Assembly (NCBI GenBank): GCA_001788095.1 | Contig: MFZX01000038.1 | Span: 1 to 55,301, forward strand | From: Candidatus Roizmanbacteria bacterium RIFCSPHIGHO2_12_FULL_37_23 | GTDB taxonomy: Bacteria; Patescibacteriota; Microgenomatia; UBA1406; HO2-37-13b | Direction of reading: 5' to 3' | Length of the DNA stretch: 55,301 nucleotides | In this document: positions 44,955 to 54,098 of the stretch, piece after piece | Numbering within the stretch: the stretch's first letter is position 1 | How the letters are laid out: each line of letters opens with the position of its first letter | Translations under genes and position numbers: made by a program | The notes under the pieces: generated by a model | Told to the model about the DNA's origin: nothing | The model's database searches: none | The model's input: the letters and a program-made list of their open reading frames with translations, nothing else

Positions 44955-45835
44955 AAAAACAAAAAAAAATTCTGATACTTAGATCAATATATAGCCCTAT
45001 TGATGAAAAAAACTTACATCTTTTGACAAAAACCCCTGAGATTGAGCTTGGATACTATAAAGATCTGGTAATAGACTTCATGTCACATCCTAAAAAAACA
45101 TCCGTTAGTATAAATAACGTTCCATTAGAATCATATAAGCTAGTATATATGCGAACGTGGAAAAAACGTCATCTATTAACTCGCTCACTAGCGCAATATT
45201 TGCAACATCACAAGGTAATTCTCATTGATACTGAAAGCCTCAATGCGACACACGGAGACAAACTTATGCAATATATGATGTTTTATACTCATAAACTCCC
45301 TTTTCCCAAAACGCTTTATATACCACGAGAATCAATGTTAAAAAAAATAGAGCTCATCAAAAAGGCTTTTAAAACTCCTTTTATCATGAAAGCAACGTTT
45401 TCCTCAAAAGGAAAGGACAATTATCTCATTCGTGATTTTGATAGTGTAGAAAAGATTTTAACAAAGCATGATGAAGACGAAGATTTTCTCTTTCAGGAAT
45501 ATATACCGAACGATTTTGATTACCGCCTATATGTGTTTGGTTATAAAACAGTTGTTGCATATAAAAGAACTCGTTCAAAACGTTCACGAACTCATCTAAA
45601 CAATCTCAGTCAAGGAGCAGAAGGAGAAGAGGTTCCGCTCAAAAATATAAAAAAATTGTGTGTATTAGCAGAAAAAATTGCACGAATTTCTCGAATCGAA
45701 GTATGTGGTGTGGATATCGTAGAGAATAAATATACAAGAAAACCTTATTTATTTGAGATAAATATTGTCCCAGGATTAAGCCAAACCACCGCGCAGATGC
45801 ATCTAAAAAAATATTTGCTTTCTCTTGTTAAATAA
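44951..45835 (+). CDS. RimK-family ATP-grasp ligase
   Basis: FIMKATFSSKG, FQEYIPNDFDYR, NNLSQG, GVDIV, FEINIVPG. Confidence 0.8.
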   Translation: MKKQKKILILRSIYSPIDEKNLHLLTKTPEIELGYYKDLVIDFMSHPKKTSVSINNVPLESYKLVYMRTWKKRHLLTRSLAQYLQHHKVILIDTESLNATHGDKLMQYMMFYTHKLPFPKTLYIPRESMLKKIELIKKAFKTPFIMKATFSSKGKDNYLIRDFDSVEKILTKHDEDEDFLFQEYIPNDFDYRLYVFGYKTVVAYKRTRSKRSRTHLNNLSQGAEGEEVPLKNIKKLCVLAEKIARISRIEVCGVDIVENKYTRKPYLFEINIVPGLSQTTAQMHLKKYLLSLVK

Positions 45836-46913
45836 GCAGTCTTGCTGGTCCAAACAGTGAATTATCTTCAATATCAACAAACTGCATATTTCCTGCTGGA
45901 ACACCGAGTTTTTGTAAATAATCTCTCACCATATTACTATAGTTCCATCCCTTCCAGAATAAGCTTCCCTCCATTGCACAAACAAGATTTTTCTGTTTTT
46001 TATAGTGATATAGCCCTGCCATTTGAGTTGCAATAAGAGAAGCAGAACGTTCGAATAGTTTTTGTGCAACATACGCTTCCCTACCTTCACCTTGAGCAAC
46101 TTGTGAAAGCGCTTCTGTAGTAGCACAATGTGTTCCTTCAAGAAGGGTATTATAATGTTGAACGATATAACGTCCGGCTGTCTCTTTTTCGAATATAAAT
46201 TCTCCTGGCTTATTAGAATCTTTATCCACTGTTTTCCCAGTACTCGTTTGTTCAAATTTATCAAAATTTCCTGATTCAATGTTAATAATAGTATTGCTAT
46301 CTAGGAAAAATCCAAAATTCACGCCTGTGCCTACAATACCTCCAATAATTACTTCATATCTAGTCATCTGCAATCCTGAAAGCACAAGGCATACAATATC
46401 ATTTGCAACGGCAACTACAATATCTTTGTTATATTTACTTTTAATATGACGTTCAATTTGTTCACCAATTATTTTTTCTAAAAGTCCATCGAAACTATGT
46501 TCCTTACTTGCGTGTATTAATATTCCATCCAGCTTGCTGCCCCGTATTACTGGCTGAATGGCCTGCGCAAAATTAATTGCGAGATGTTTGATTGAATGGT
46601 CTATGTGTCTGTCAATGAATGCAAAAAAAATATCTTTGTCTTTAAAAATAGGAACTTTTTCCTCAGTTTTGTTATATATTTCTATAGTTCCACGGACGTT
46701 TATCATTCGTGCTTTTTTCATATGAGAGCCTCCAATAGAAATTACTTGAAATTCTTCATTCTCAGCAATAATTGGTCTTTGAGGAATAGTATTAGGTATA
46801 AATAAAAGACTTGTCTTTCGCCCTGATGCGCTATCTGTGAGTTCCTTTAGAAATCGATCTCGTATCTGCTGAAGCTCATCAAGAGTGTACATCTCAACCC
46901 CATTCTGTATCAT
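45828..46913 (-). CDS. hexokinase-family sugar kinase
   Basis: ISIGGSH, VAVANDIV, GGIVGTGVN, NIESGNF, FEKETAGRY, EGSLF. Confidence 0.75.
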   Translation of the reverse strand: MIQNGVEMYTLDELQQIRDRFLKELTDSASGRKTSLLFIPNTIPQRPIIAENEEFQVISIGGSHMKKARMINVRGTIEIYNKTEEKVPIFKDKDIFFAFIDRHIDHSIKHLAINFAQAIQPVIRGSKLDGILIHASKEHSFDGLLEKIIGEQIERHIKSKYNKDIVVAVANDIVCLVLSGLQMTRYEVIIGGIVGTGVNFGFFLDSNTIINIESGNFDKFEQTSTGKTVDKDSNKPGEFIFEKETAGRYIVQHYNTLLEGTHCATTEALSQVAQGEGREAYVAQKLFERSASLIATQMAGLYHYKKQKNLVCAMEGSLFWKGWNYSNMVRDYLQKLGVPAGNMQFVDIEDNSLFGPARLLI

Positions 46914-46945
46914 ATGTGTGATAACTTGATGATACTATATTTTAT

Positions 46946-47023
46946 GAAGTACTTGTGTACTTCACACACACCATGTGTGATGAGGCTCACACATGGTGTG
47001 AAATATGGCGTGTGTACGAAAAT
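46946..47023. repeat. REP-like GTGTGAAGTAC family composite palindrome
   Basis: gaagtac-ttgt-gtacttc, cacaccatgtgtga-tgaggc-tcacacatggtgtg, then gtgtgtacgaaaat. Confidence 0.7.
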
Positions 47024-47036
47024 ATGAACCTCAATA

Positions 47037-47852
47037 TCAGAGCAAACATTTAAGACGTCTCAGATTCTTTTTATCAGGTCCTTTTTTATCAAACCCAGGA
47101 GTCTCTAGAATAAATGGTTTATCCTGTAGAAGAGGTTGTTTAAGAATGTTGTGAAAACCTTCCTTACCTATCTTACCTTCCCCAATGTTTTCGTGCCGAT
47201 CATGGTGTGATCCAAGCTCGGTTTTTGAATCGTTTGCATGAATACATAATAATTTATCTATACCTATCTTCGAGTCAAATTCGTCAAGCCATTGTTTCAA
47301 TATGCTAAAATCTCTCACGTCCGTTCCTGATGCAAATAAATGTTGGGTGTCAATACAAAATCCTATCCTATCAGAATTTACCTCTTTATTAATATATATT
47401 AGTTCATCGATATTTGATCCCAGTCGTTTTTGAGAAGCCATGCTTTCGACAATAAAGTATTGACTTGATGGGGTGTGTAAAAGAACTGTTTTAATATCGC
47501 TAATAATATTCTCCCGATTAGTATCAGTTCCTAAATGTATGATTGTACCAATCGATCCAAGTTTATCTCCCATCTGCAGGTAATGAACGACCGATTCCCT
47601 GGATAACTCTCTTAATCTTTGATTGTGTGATCCAAAATTAATTAAATAAATTGCGTGGAAAAAAAGTCTCTTGAAGTTGAATTCTGCATACTGACTTCTA
47701 AATACTTTTATTTCCTCGTCCGTATATCTTGTAGTACGAAACGTTCGTGGTGAGGTGACAAATATTTGCAAAACGTCAAACCCTTCCTCCCTCCCCTTTA
47801 TTAATGCGTTGTGTAATCCCCCAGCAATAGATACATGACCGCCGAATATCAT
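47037..47852 (-). CDS. nfo: endonuclease IV
   Basis: GGHVSIAGG, FHAIYLIN, CIDTQHLF, HANDSK, DRHENIGEG, ILETP; start at MIFGGH. Confidence 0.92.
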   Translation of the reverse strand: MIFGGHVSIAGGLHNALIKGREEGFDVLQIFVTSPRTFRTTRYTDEEIKVFRSQYAEFNFKRLFFHAIYLINFGSHNQRLRELSRESVVHYLQMGDKLGSIGTIIHLGTDTNRENIISDIKTVLLHTPSSQYFIVESMASQKRLGSNIDELIYINKEVNSDRIGFCIDTQHLFASGTDVRDFSILKQWLDEFDSKIGIDKLLCIHANDSKTELGSHHDRHENIGEGKIGKEGFHNILKQPLLQDKPFILETPGFDKKGPDKKNLRRLKCLL

Positions 47853-47858
47853 AGTATG

Positions 47859-47868
47859 TAGTATACTA
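47859..47868. promoter_or_regulatory. palindromic bidirectional -10 element for nfo and pth
   Basis: TAGTATACTA gives TATACT on each strand, 6-7 nt before each ATG. Confidence 0.55.
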
Positions 47869-47873
47869 ACATT

Positions 47874-48371
47874 ATGAAGCTTATAGTAGGTTTTGGAAAT
47901 CCTGGTCATCAATATAATAAAAATCGTCATAATGTTGGGTGTATGTTTGTTGATTATCTTAAAGAGGAACAAAAATCAAATAATGACGATATGTGGAAGA
48001 AAATTGTTCTCATAAAGCCACAAACCTTTATGAATGAATCTGGAAAAGAAGTAGCAAAAAGTAGAAATTTTTATAAAATCTCTCCAGATAATATTTTTGT
48101 AGTTCATGATGATCTGGATATTCGTCTTGGAGAGTTTAAAATACAAAAAGGGAAAGGACCACGAATCCATAATGGTATACTTTCTGTTGAAAAAGAACTT
48201 AATACTCCTGATTTTTATCGAATTCGTATAGGGATTGACAATAGAAATCCTGAAAACAGGGTCGCAGGTCAACACTATGTTCTTACGGATTTTGATAAAG
48301 AAGAAATACATACTGTTAAAGAAGTCTTCAAGAAAATATATTCTGAGCTTAGACCTTTCCTATTAATGTAG
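47874..48371 (+). CDS. pth: peptidyl-tRNA hydrolase
   Basis: LIVGFGNPG, RHNVG, KPQTFMNESG, VHDDLD, HNG, RIRIGI. Confidence 0.95.
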   Translation: MKLIVGFGNPGHQYNKNRHNVGCMFVDYLKEEQKSNNDDMWKKIVLIKPQTFMNESGKEVAKSRNFYKISPDNIFVVHDDLDIRLGEFKIQKGKGPRIHNGILSVEKELNTPDFYRIRIGIDNRNPENRVAGQHYVLTDFDKEEIHTVKEVFKKIYSELRPFLLM

Positions 48372-48397
48372 AAAATACGGTATACTATACTATGATC

Positions 48398-48480
48398 GCC
48401 GGAGTGGCGAAATGGCAGACGCGCACGCTTCAGGAGCGTGTGTCCGTAAGGGCGTGGAGGTTCAAATCCTCTCTCCGGCA
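48398..48480 (+). tRNA. tRNA-Leu (CAG)
   Basis: gccggag acceptor, cacgc-ttCAGga-gcgtg anticodon arm, long variable arm, ggttcaaatcc T loop; CCA not encoded. Confidence 0.95.
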
Positions 48481-48531
48481 CACAATTTTACTAAAATGAG
48501 AGTATAAAATTCACGATCGTATTCTTATTAC

Positions 48532-49560
48532 CTACAATAAAATAAGAATCCCACTTATGAGACTACCCCACACTATAAAAATCACTTCATTTACTTTTTT
48601 CAGTATATTAAGTGGTAGAACTCGTTCTTGATTATTATCAGAAAGTATAAGATCATCAGGGTTTAATTTTCCAAACATATTTTCATTGGTTTCGTATAAA
48701 ATCAGTTTAGGTGAATCTTTTGACTGTGTTCCAAGAACACGAGATTGCAAATACGATTCTGCTTGTTTGTCAGCCTCACTTTTATTCATAATTTCAGGAA
48801 TTATGAGATATGATGCCTCAGCGTAATCTTTAAGAATATTGCTACCTTGACCATCGTTTGCAAGCACCATAGATGAAGGTAGGAATTTTACAGTAACTAC
48901 TCCTTGTGCTTTAGTTCTAAAAAGTATAGTTGCAAAATGCCCACTTTTACCTGAAAATCCCGGGTTTGGAAGCCCTCCGGTCAAACGCATAAATCCGCCC
49001 TGATTATTAACTTCTTCCTGTATAAAAACATCTGCAAAGGAGTCGTCTTTTAAGATCTTATACACCTCTAGAAGGTTTGGGTCAAAACCAATATCTGCTT
49101 GCACCGCGTTAATGGATTGTTGCATTTCTGCAACATCAATATTCATAGGAAATATTTCGTTGATGCGATATTGGCCCTTTGTAGGTATGGTGAATGAAGC
49201 TGTTTTCTTCGCCGGAATAACTCCCATATTAAAAAGGAGCTTAGATTCAATAAACACTACACCAAACGATGCGCCTGATAGTGTTAAAATTAATAATCCG
49301 TTTATAATTAAAGAACGAAAATTCTGTACAGGACGATTACCACCTTGAGTAATGATTCGATTGCAAGCAAAGCATACTTCACCTATCTTTCGTGTTTGGC
49401 AAAAAAAACAAGTCGTTTTTCTAGGTACAAAAAACCACCAAATCAGATATCCAACTGCAATAAAGATACCTAGGAGTGCAAAAACATGTACAGCGATCCA
49501 TGAGGTGATAGCGAGAATTGTAATTGTTCCTATTGTATAGATCCACGACATATTTCTCAT
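48532..49560 (-). CDS. membrane protein with Cys motif, cohesin domain and C-terminal tail
   Basis: TMs, CFFC..CFAC, INAVQADIGFDPNLLEV, FATILFRTK, VKFLPSSMVLANDG. Confidence 0.7.
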   Translation of the reverse strand: MRNMSWIYTIGTITILAITSWIAVHVFALLGIFIAVGYLIWWFFVPRKTTCFFCQTRKIGEVCFACNRIITQGGNRPVQNFRSLIINGLLILTLSGASFGVVFIESKLLFNMGVIPAKKTASFTIPTKGQYRINEIFPMNIDVAEMQQSINAVQADIGFDPNLLEVYKILKDDSFADVFIQEEVNNQGGFMRLTGGLPNPGFSGKSGHFATILFRTKAQGVVTVKFLPSSMVLANDGQGSNILKDYAEASYLIIPEIMNKSEADKQAESYLQSRVLGTQSKDSPKLILYETNENMFGKLNPDDLILSDNNQERVLPLNILKKVNEVIFIVWGSLISGILILL

Positions 49561-50237
49561 AAACTTACATAATAAAATATGATTGATAAATCAACGAGGC
49601 TACAAATATTGTCGTTGTTCACATCACACCGTTCATAAGATGTTTCGGTTAATGGAATTCTATCGTTAATAACCACTCTATCACGGATATATTCTACCCA
49701 TACGTCGTACCACTCTTTAACAACAGACGTTAATTCTGTTCTATTAATAGTTCCATCTCCATTTTGATCAAAAACTTGTACAGATAAAGGTATTGATGCA
49801 GTTTGTGGTTGTGGTGTAACATGAATGATTTGGCTTGTTTGTGTAGGTAGTAGTTGGGATGTTGGAGCTATTGTCGCCTGTGGTATAGAGGTATTACTTG
49901 GACTTGATGTCGATGTCGTAGATGATGTTGGAATTAGTGTTGGCGTTGGAGTGTTTGTAGGAACCGGAAGACATGCTAACGTATCAAATTCACACGAAAT
50001 ATCACACGAGAGATTCCCTGATCCAAACCCAAGAGAGCTGCACGTTTGAGAGTCAAGATCTGAGGTATCACATTCTTCTCCACCCTCTTTTATACTATTT
50101 CCGCAGACGCTTATCTTCACTGTTGAAGCAATATCATCACTTGCTGTTTGCCCAAATACAAATCTGTGCATGTTGGGAATGCCTGGTAAAACAAGAGAAA
50201 CAACTATTATGCATAGCAAAAACCATATGTATTTCAT
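49557..50237 (-). CDS. secreted protein with Cys-rich repeat, Pro/Thr linker and dockerin-like pair
   Basis: CGNSIKEGGEECD (myxobacterial Cys-rich repeat-like); DQNGDGTINRTE / DVNNDNICSLVD. Confidence 0.7.
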   Translation of the reverse strand: MKYIWFLLCIIVVSLVLPGIPNMHRFVFGQTASDDIASTVKISVCGNSIKEGGEECDTSDLDSQTCSSLGFGSGNLSCDISCEFDTLACLPVPTNTPTPTLIPTSSTTSTSSPSNTSIPQATIAPTSQLLPTQTSQIIHVTPQPQTASIPLSVQVFDQNGDGTINRTELTSVVKEWYDVWVEYIRDRVVINDRIPLTETSYERCDVNNDNICSLVDLSIIFYYVSL

Positions 50238-50878
50238 TCATGTGATTCCGTGTCTTTGTGAATTGATTTTTTCGAACTTATTTGAATATTAAAACGCTTT
50301 CTAAAGAGATAAATAACATAAAGCACTATCCCAACAGTAAGCAAAACCTTAGGCCACGGATCATAAACTTTCCAGAAAGACAGCGTTTTATAATAAACTG
50401 CAGAGAGGATATTTGCAGGTTCTACCGTAAAATAGAGCTTTGCAGCTGCCGCAACTCCAACAACCGCACCCCCTTTGTTCACACGCTTTGTTGGAGAACC
50501 TTCAAGGAAAGCAAAATAATCCCCAGGCTCCACTCGGAGTGGAAGATGTAATTTAATATCAACCGTCTGTGTCTCTTCTGGTTTTAGTGTGAATTTTGCT
50601 GGAGAAAATGTAAACCATTCTTTTGGAGGTGCAAGTTCTTTTTGCTTCTCACGATAAGCAGTTCCTACACGATATTCTGCTTTTTCATCTCCCGTATTTA
50701 CTACAGTTAAGGGTGGAAGTTCGTAAATAGTTCCTGGTCTAAGGATCTCATCAACTTGAATTTTACCTGTTGTAACTCCAACACCGATCCGGGCATAAAC
50801 ATTTGATGCATAAAGTGTGAAAAAATAAGTGGCAACAAATAGAAAGCTTGCAAGAAAGAGAATTCTGTATTTCAACAT
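50234..50878 (-). CDS. Ig-like (DUF916/chaperone-like) protein with C-terminal TM
   Basis: LTVVNTG, WFTFSPAKFTLKPEETQTV, PGDY; start at MLKYRIL. Confidence 0.55.
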   Translation of the reverse strand: MLKYRILFLASFLFVATYFFTLYASNVYARIGVGVTTGKIQVDEILRPGTIYELPPLTVVNTGDEKAEYRVGTAYREKQKELAPPKEWFTFSPAKFTLKPEETQTVDIKLHLPLRVEPGDYFAFLEGSPTKRVNKGGAVVGVAAAAKLYFTVEPANILSAVYYKTLSFWKVYDPWPKVLLTVGIVLYVIYLFRKRFNIQISSKKSIHKDTESHE

Positions 50879-50929
50879 AGCTCCAATAATACACCAACGT
50901 ATTTCATTTAGCAATGCATAGGTATCACC

Positions 50930-51448
50930 TTAAGACGCTGATGCAAGGACAGTGACTGTAGCTGTCTGCTGTGTGAAGGATGTTGATGAACTTGGTGTAT
51001 TAATACGAAGATCGAAAATTTGTGTCCCACTTGTTGCAACACCCGTTGCAAGTGCTTGATATGATGTTGTTAAGGCAGTCCATGTGGGAGTACTATCACA
51101 AGTTGTTATACAGAAATCGTGTTTGTATTGGTCTGCGCCAATTGAACCTGCAAGGGTCCATGCGGTAGTATTTTCTCCTTTAATGTCAAGGTCTTCTGAC
51201 ACGTTGCCGTCATTCGTTGCAGTTTGAGAATCATTTACTCCACCTGCTGTTGTGTCACCTTGTGCGCTTGTTGCAAGAGTACCATATGCTACAGATCCAT
51301 CGCTAACCGTTACAGAAATATTTTGAACTGTAACCGTTGCGGCAACCGTACCAGTCGTTGCTGCAGAAGCCTGGTTTATGAAGAAAAGGGATAAAAGTAT
51401 AAATCCAATAGTTCCAACAATTACTTTATAGTTGGTTAATATTTGCAT
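50930..51448 (-). CDS. secreted Thr-rich beta protein (small WxL/fimbrial-like subunit)
   Basis: Signal ending QASA; DGSVAYG, AWTL, FDLRINTP. Confidence 0.6.
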   Translation of the reverse strand: MQILTNYKVIVGTIGFILLSLFFINQASAATTGTVAATVTVQNISVTVSDGSVAYGTLATSAQGDTTAGGVNDSQTATNDGNVSEDLDIKGENTTAWTLAGSIGADQYKHDFCITTCDSTPTWTALTTSYQALATGVATSGTQIFDLRINTPSSSTSFTQQTATVTVLASAS

Positions 51449-51505
51449 GCTATATACATTAGAATAAATTTTAAACCTTTTGTCAAGGGGTATTTATACA
51501 CCTAA

Positions 51506-52477
51506 TTATGGAGCTGACGCAACAATAGTTATGGTTGTAGTGAATTGACTATAAGATGATGTAGCTGTGGGCGTTGTAAGGCGTAAGTACATATTCTGTG
51601 TGCTTCCTTGAGAGACATTTGTTGCAAGTGTATAGAGAGTATCTACAATAGCAAACGTGGTCCACGATGATCCGTTTGGAGAAAATTCCCACTTGACCTG
51701 ATTACTTCCATTTGAACTTCCTAACGACCATGTATTAGCACCTTCAGTGAAGTTTGTACTTCGTACATCAAGATCTGCAGGTCCGCTATCGACTCGAACT
51801 GTCTCGACGTCATTAATCCCTGATGATGTGGTATCTTGTGTTGTATTCGCAGCAAGATTACCAAATGAAATTGATCCGTCTGTTGTTAGACTAATAGAAA
51901 CTTCATTAGAATATGTAACGTCAGCATACATAGCATAGATATAATTTGTAGTTGGTCCCCCACCTCCAACTTTGGAATTCCTTAATCGCATTGAGAGAGA
52001 ATCAAGTTGAGCCTGTGTCAGTGATAGACCGGAGAATGTTACTGAGTGCCACGCATTTGAACTACTCGATGTAAAAGAAGCCTCAGATGAACGTGTTGTT
52101 GACTCATTATCGTCGTAAAGTTGGACATGAAATTGTCCGTTTGAACCATCATTATGATAAATCCAAACAACGATCTGTGACACACTACCTACGCCACTTA
52201 TAGTAGACATACGAAGAAAAGCAGTATCGGTTTTATTATTTAAATGATATATATAATCTGTGGTTGTAGGAGCATTTGGTTGCCTAATAGCTTCATCTAT
52301 TTCAGTGTAAAAACTAGAGCCGGTTGTATGCCAATCTATACCGATTGTACCATCAGTGTTTGGATCAATATAACCGTTTGTAGCATAAGCAGGAGATGTA
52401 ATAACTGGAGTAAAGTTAGCAAAAGTTATTATGAAAAAAAAGGTCGCTGCAAATAGTGCGAGTTTTCGAACACTCAT
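51506..52477 (-). CDS. secreted protein with extra N-domain plus a domain homologous to 50930-51448
   Basis: Signal ending PAYA; DGSISFG, TWSL, MYLRLTTP. Confidence 0.6.
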   Translation of the reverse strand: MSVRKLALFAATFFFIITFANFTPVITSPAYATNGYIDPNTDGTIGIDWHTTGSSFYTEIDEAIRQPNAPTTTDYIYHLNNKTDTAFLRMSTISGVGSVSQIVVWIYHNDGSNGQFHVQLYDDNESTTRSSEASFTSSSSNAWHSVTFSGLSLTQAQLDSLSMRLRNSKVGGGGPTTNYIYAMYADVTYSNEVSISLTTDGSISFGNLAANTTQDTTSSGINDVETVRVDSGPADLDVRSTNFTEGANTWSLGSSNGSNQVKWEFSPNGSSWTTFAIVDTLYTLATNVSQGSTQNMYLRLTTPTATSSYSQFTTTITIVASAP

Positions 52478-52554
52478 ACAATCATTATATCATGTTATAG
52501 GTTATGTATATTATGTTACTAGACTCATATCTGCTCTGTTGTAAGCAATGTTCA

Positions 52555-52583
52555 TTGACTTGTTTCAAGATACCGAATAGAAT
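52555..52583 (+). promoter_or_regulatory. sigma70 promoter, leaderless
   Basis: TTGACT-N17-TAGAAT, 6 nt before the ATG at 52590. Confidence 0.6.
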
Positions 52584-52589
52584 CAATGT

Positions 52590-54014
52590 ATGCAAGATGC
52601 TTTATTAGATCATCGACCACATCTAGAAGTTCTCGAAGGTGGAAAACCTCTCGAATTTCATGCTACAACACATGCTGGAGAATACAGAAATGTAACAGGA
52701 CGGGCTAATGAAGACTCATATGCAGTATTGCCACGAACCATGATTCTTGCAGATGGAGCAGGAGGTATAGCCGGTGGTGGTCAAGCATCAAGATCTGCTG
52801 TCGGAGAAGCCCAAAGATATCTATCTCAAACTATGAATAACTCCATGCGACAAGAAGATGCTCTTAGAGTACTTCGAGAAGCAATGCATCTTGCAAATCA
52901 AGCAGCATACGGAGGTGCCACAACATTGGACTTAGTACATGTTTGGGAAGGAGTTGTTGATGGTCAAAGAAAAAAAATGTTGCTGGGAATGACTGTAGGT
53001 GACAGTCCTGTGTATATCGTCCGAAAAGATCAAAATGGAAAGGTCTTACGTCTTGATAAGGTATCACAAGACGATAGCAAGTTTACTCCAGAACAACAAA
53101 GAATATTTGATAATGCGAGAAGATTTGAAGACTTGGGAACTGGAGCAATGGCTGAACTTTATCATAGGCGTAATGAGATAACACAAGCATTAGGAATGGG
53201 TCCTATAGATCCTCATACTATCGTTCAAGAATTGGGTGCTTTTGATCAAGTGTTAGCTGTCTCGGACTTCTATTCGGACAACTTTGCAATCGACGAAATA
53301 CGTGAAATGTTAGCACGATACCCTGATGATCCTGAAAAAGCACTGAATGAACTTCATGTTATAGGAAACCAAAGAGCTCGCAACGCTCATTTTAGAGGAA
53401 AAATCGATGATGCTACTGGAATTGTGTTGGAAACTAGGGAAAGAAAATTAGGAATGAAACCTCATAGAGCCCAAGAAGGTGCACAAAGAGGCGCAAGGAG
53501 ACCAGAATTAAGATTGATTGAAAGACTCGAGGCTCAACGACCTTCTCGAGAGGTACTTGAAATAATAGCTCAGACAGAATCTATCGATGTCGATACAATC
53601 AACAGGTTGGCAAACGACTCTTCAATCAGAAGGTGGGGAATAATTAATAGTCCTGAGATGTTAGAACAATCGTTAACTCAATGGGAAGGTGCAAGCCTTC
53701 AGTGGTTTGAAAATCAGCCTTTAAATATTCAACGAGATCTCATGGAAATTTTTTATCTATTAGGGGTAACTGAAAGAAATCAAGAATTGAATAAGGAAGT
53801 CATTAATTGGAGAAAATTTAGAGCGGAATATATTGTGGTCAACGGTGAATTTAACGCTAAGGTTTTTGTAGATGCTGTTAACCGAGAACCAAATATCAAA
53901 AACAAACACGAGGCCCTACGTAATCTAGCTGGCGTTTTTGGTGATGGTGCAGATTTGATGTTTCAACGACCTGAGATGGTTAGGCCCCAATCCGAACTGA
54001 GACAAGCTGCATGA
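52590..54014 (+). CDS. PP2C/PPM-family Ser/Thr phosphatase with unknown C-terminal domain
   Basis: NEDS, LADGAGG, GATTL, VGDS, RNEITQALG, SDFYSD, DDATGIV. Confidence 0.82.
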   Translation: MQDALLDHRPHLEVLEGGKPLEFHATTHAGEYRNVTGRANEDSYAVLPRTMILADGAGGIAGGGQASRSAVGEAQRYLSQTMNNSMRQEDALRVLREAMHLANQAAYGGATTLDLVHVWEGVVDGQRKKMLLGMTVGDSPVYIVRKDQNGKVLRLDKVSQDDSKFTPEQQRIFDNARRFEDLGTGAMAELYHRRNEITQALGMGPIDPHTIVQELGAFDQVLAVSDFYSDNFAIDEIREMLARYPDDPEKALNELHVIGNQRARNAHFRGKIDDATGIVLETRERKLGMKPHRAQEGAQRGARRPELRLIERLEAQRPSREVLEIIAQTESIDVDTINRLANDSSIRRWGIINSPEMLEQSLTQWEGASLQWFENQPLNIQRDLMEIFYLLGVTERNQELNKEVINWRKFRAEYIVVNGEFNAKVFVDAVNREPNIKNKHEALRNLAGVFGDGADLMFQRPEMVRPQSELRQAA

Positions 54015-54064
54015 TCGAGACCATCCTAATTCTTGACTCCCCTGACGTAATCCTGCATACTGAG

Positions 54065-54088
54065 ATTACGTATTAGGTATTAGGTATC
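54065..54088. repeat. TAATAC(G/C) repeat, reverse orientation
   Basis: attacgtattaggtattaggtatc. Confidence 0.7.
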
Positions 54089-54098
54089 TTGAGATCAC

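Noticed and set aside
47853-47972. N-terminal extension of nfo overlapping pth
   Set aside because: EndoIV homology starts at MIFGGH (47852)
48275-48481. 68-aa ORF MPERGFEPP...
   Set aside because: Antisense reading of tRNA-Leu
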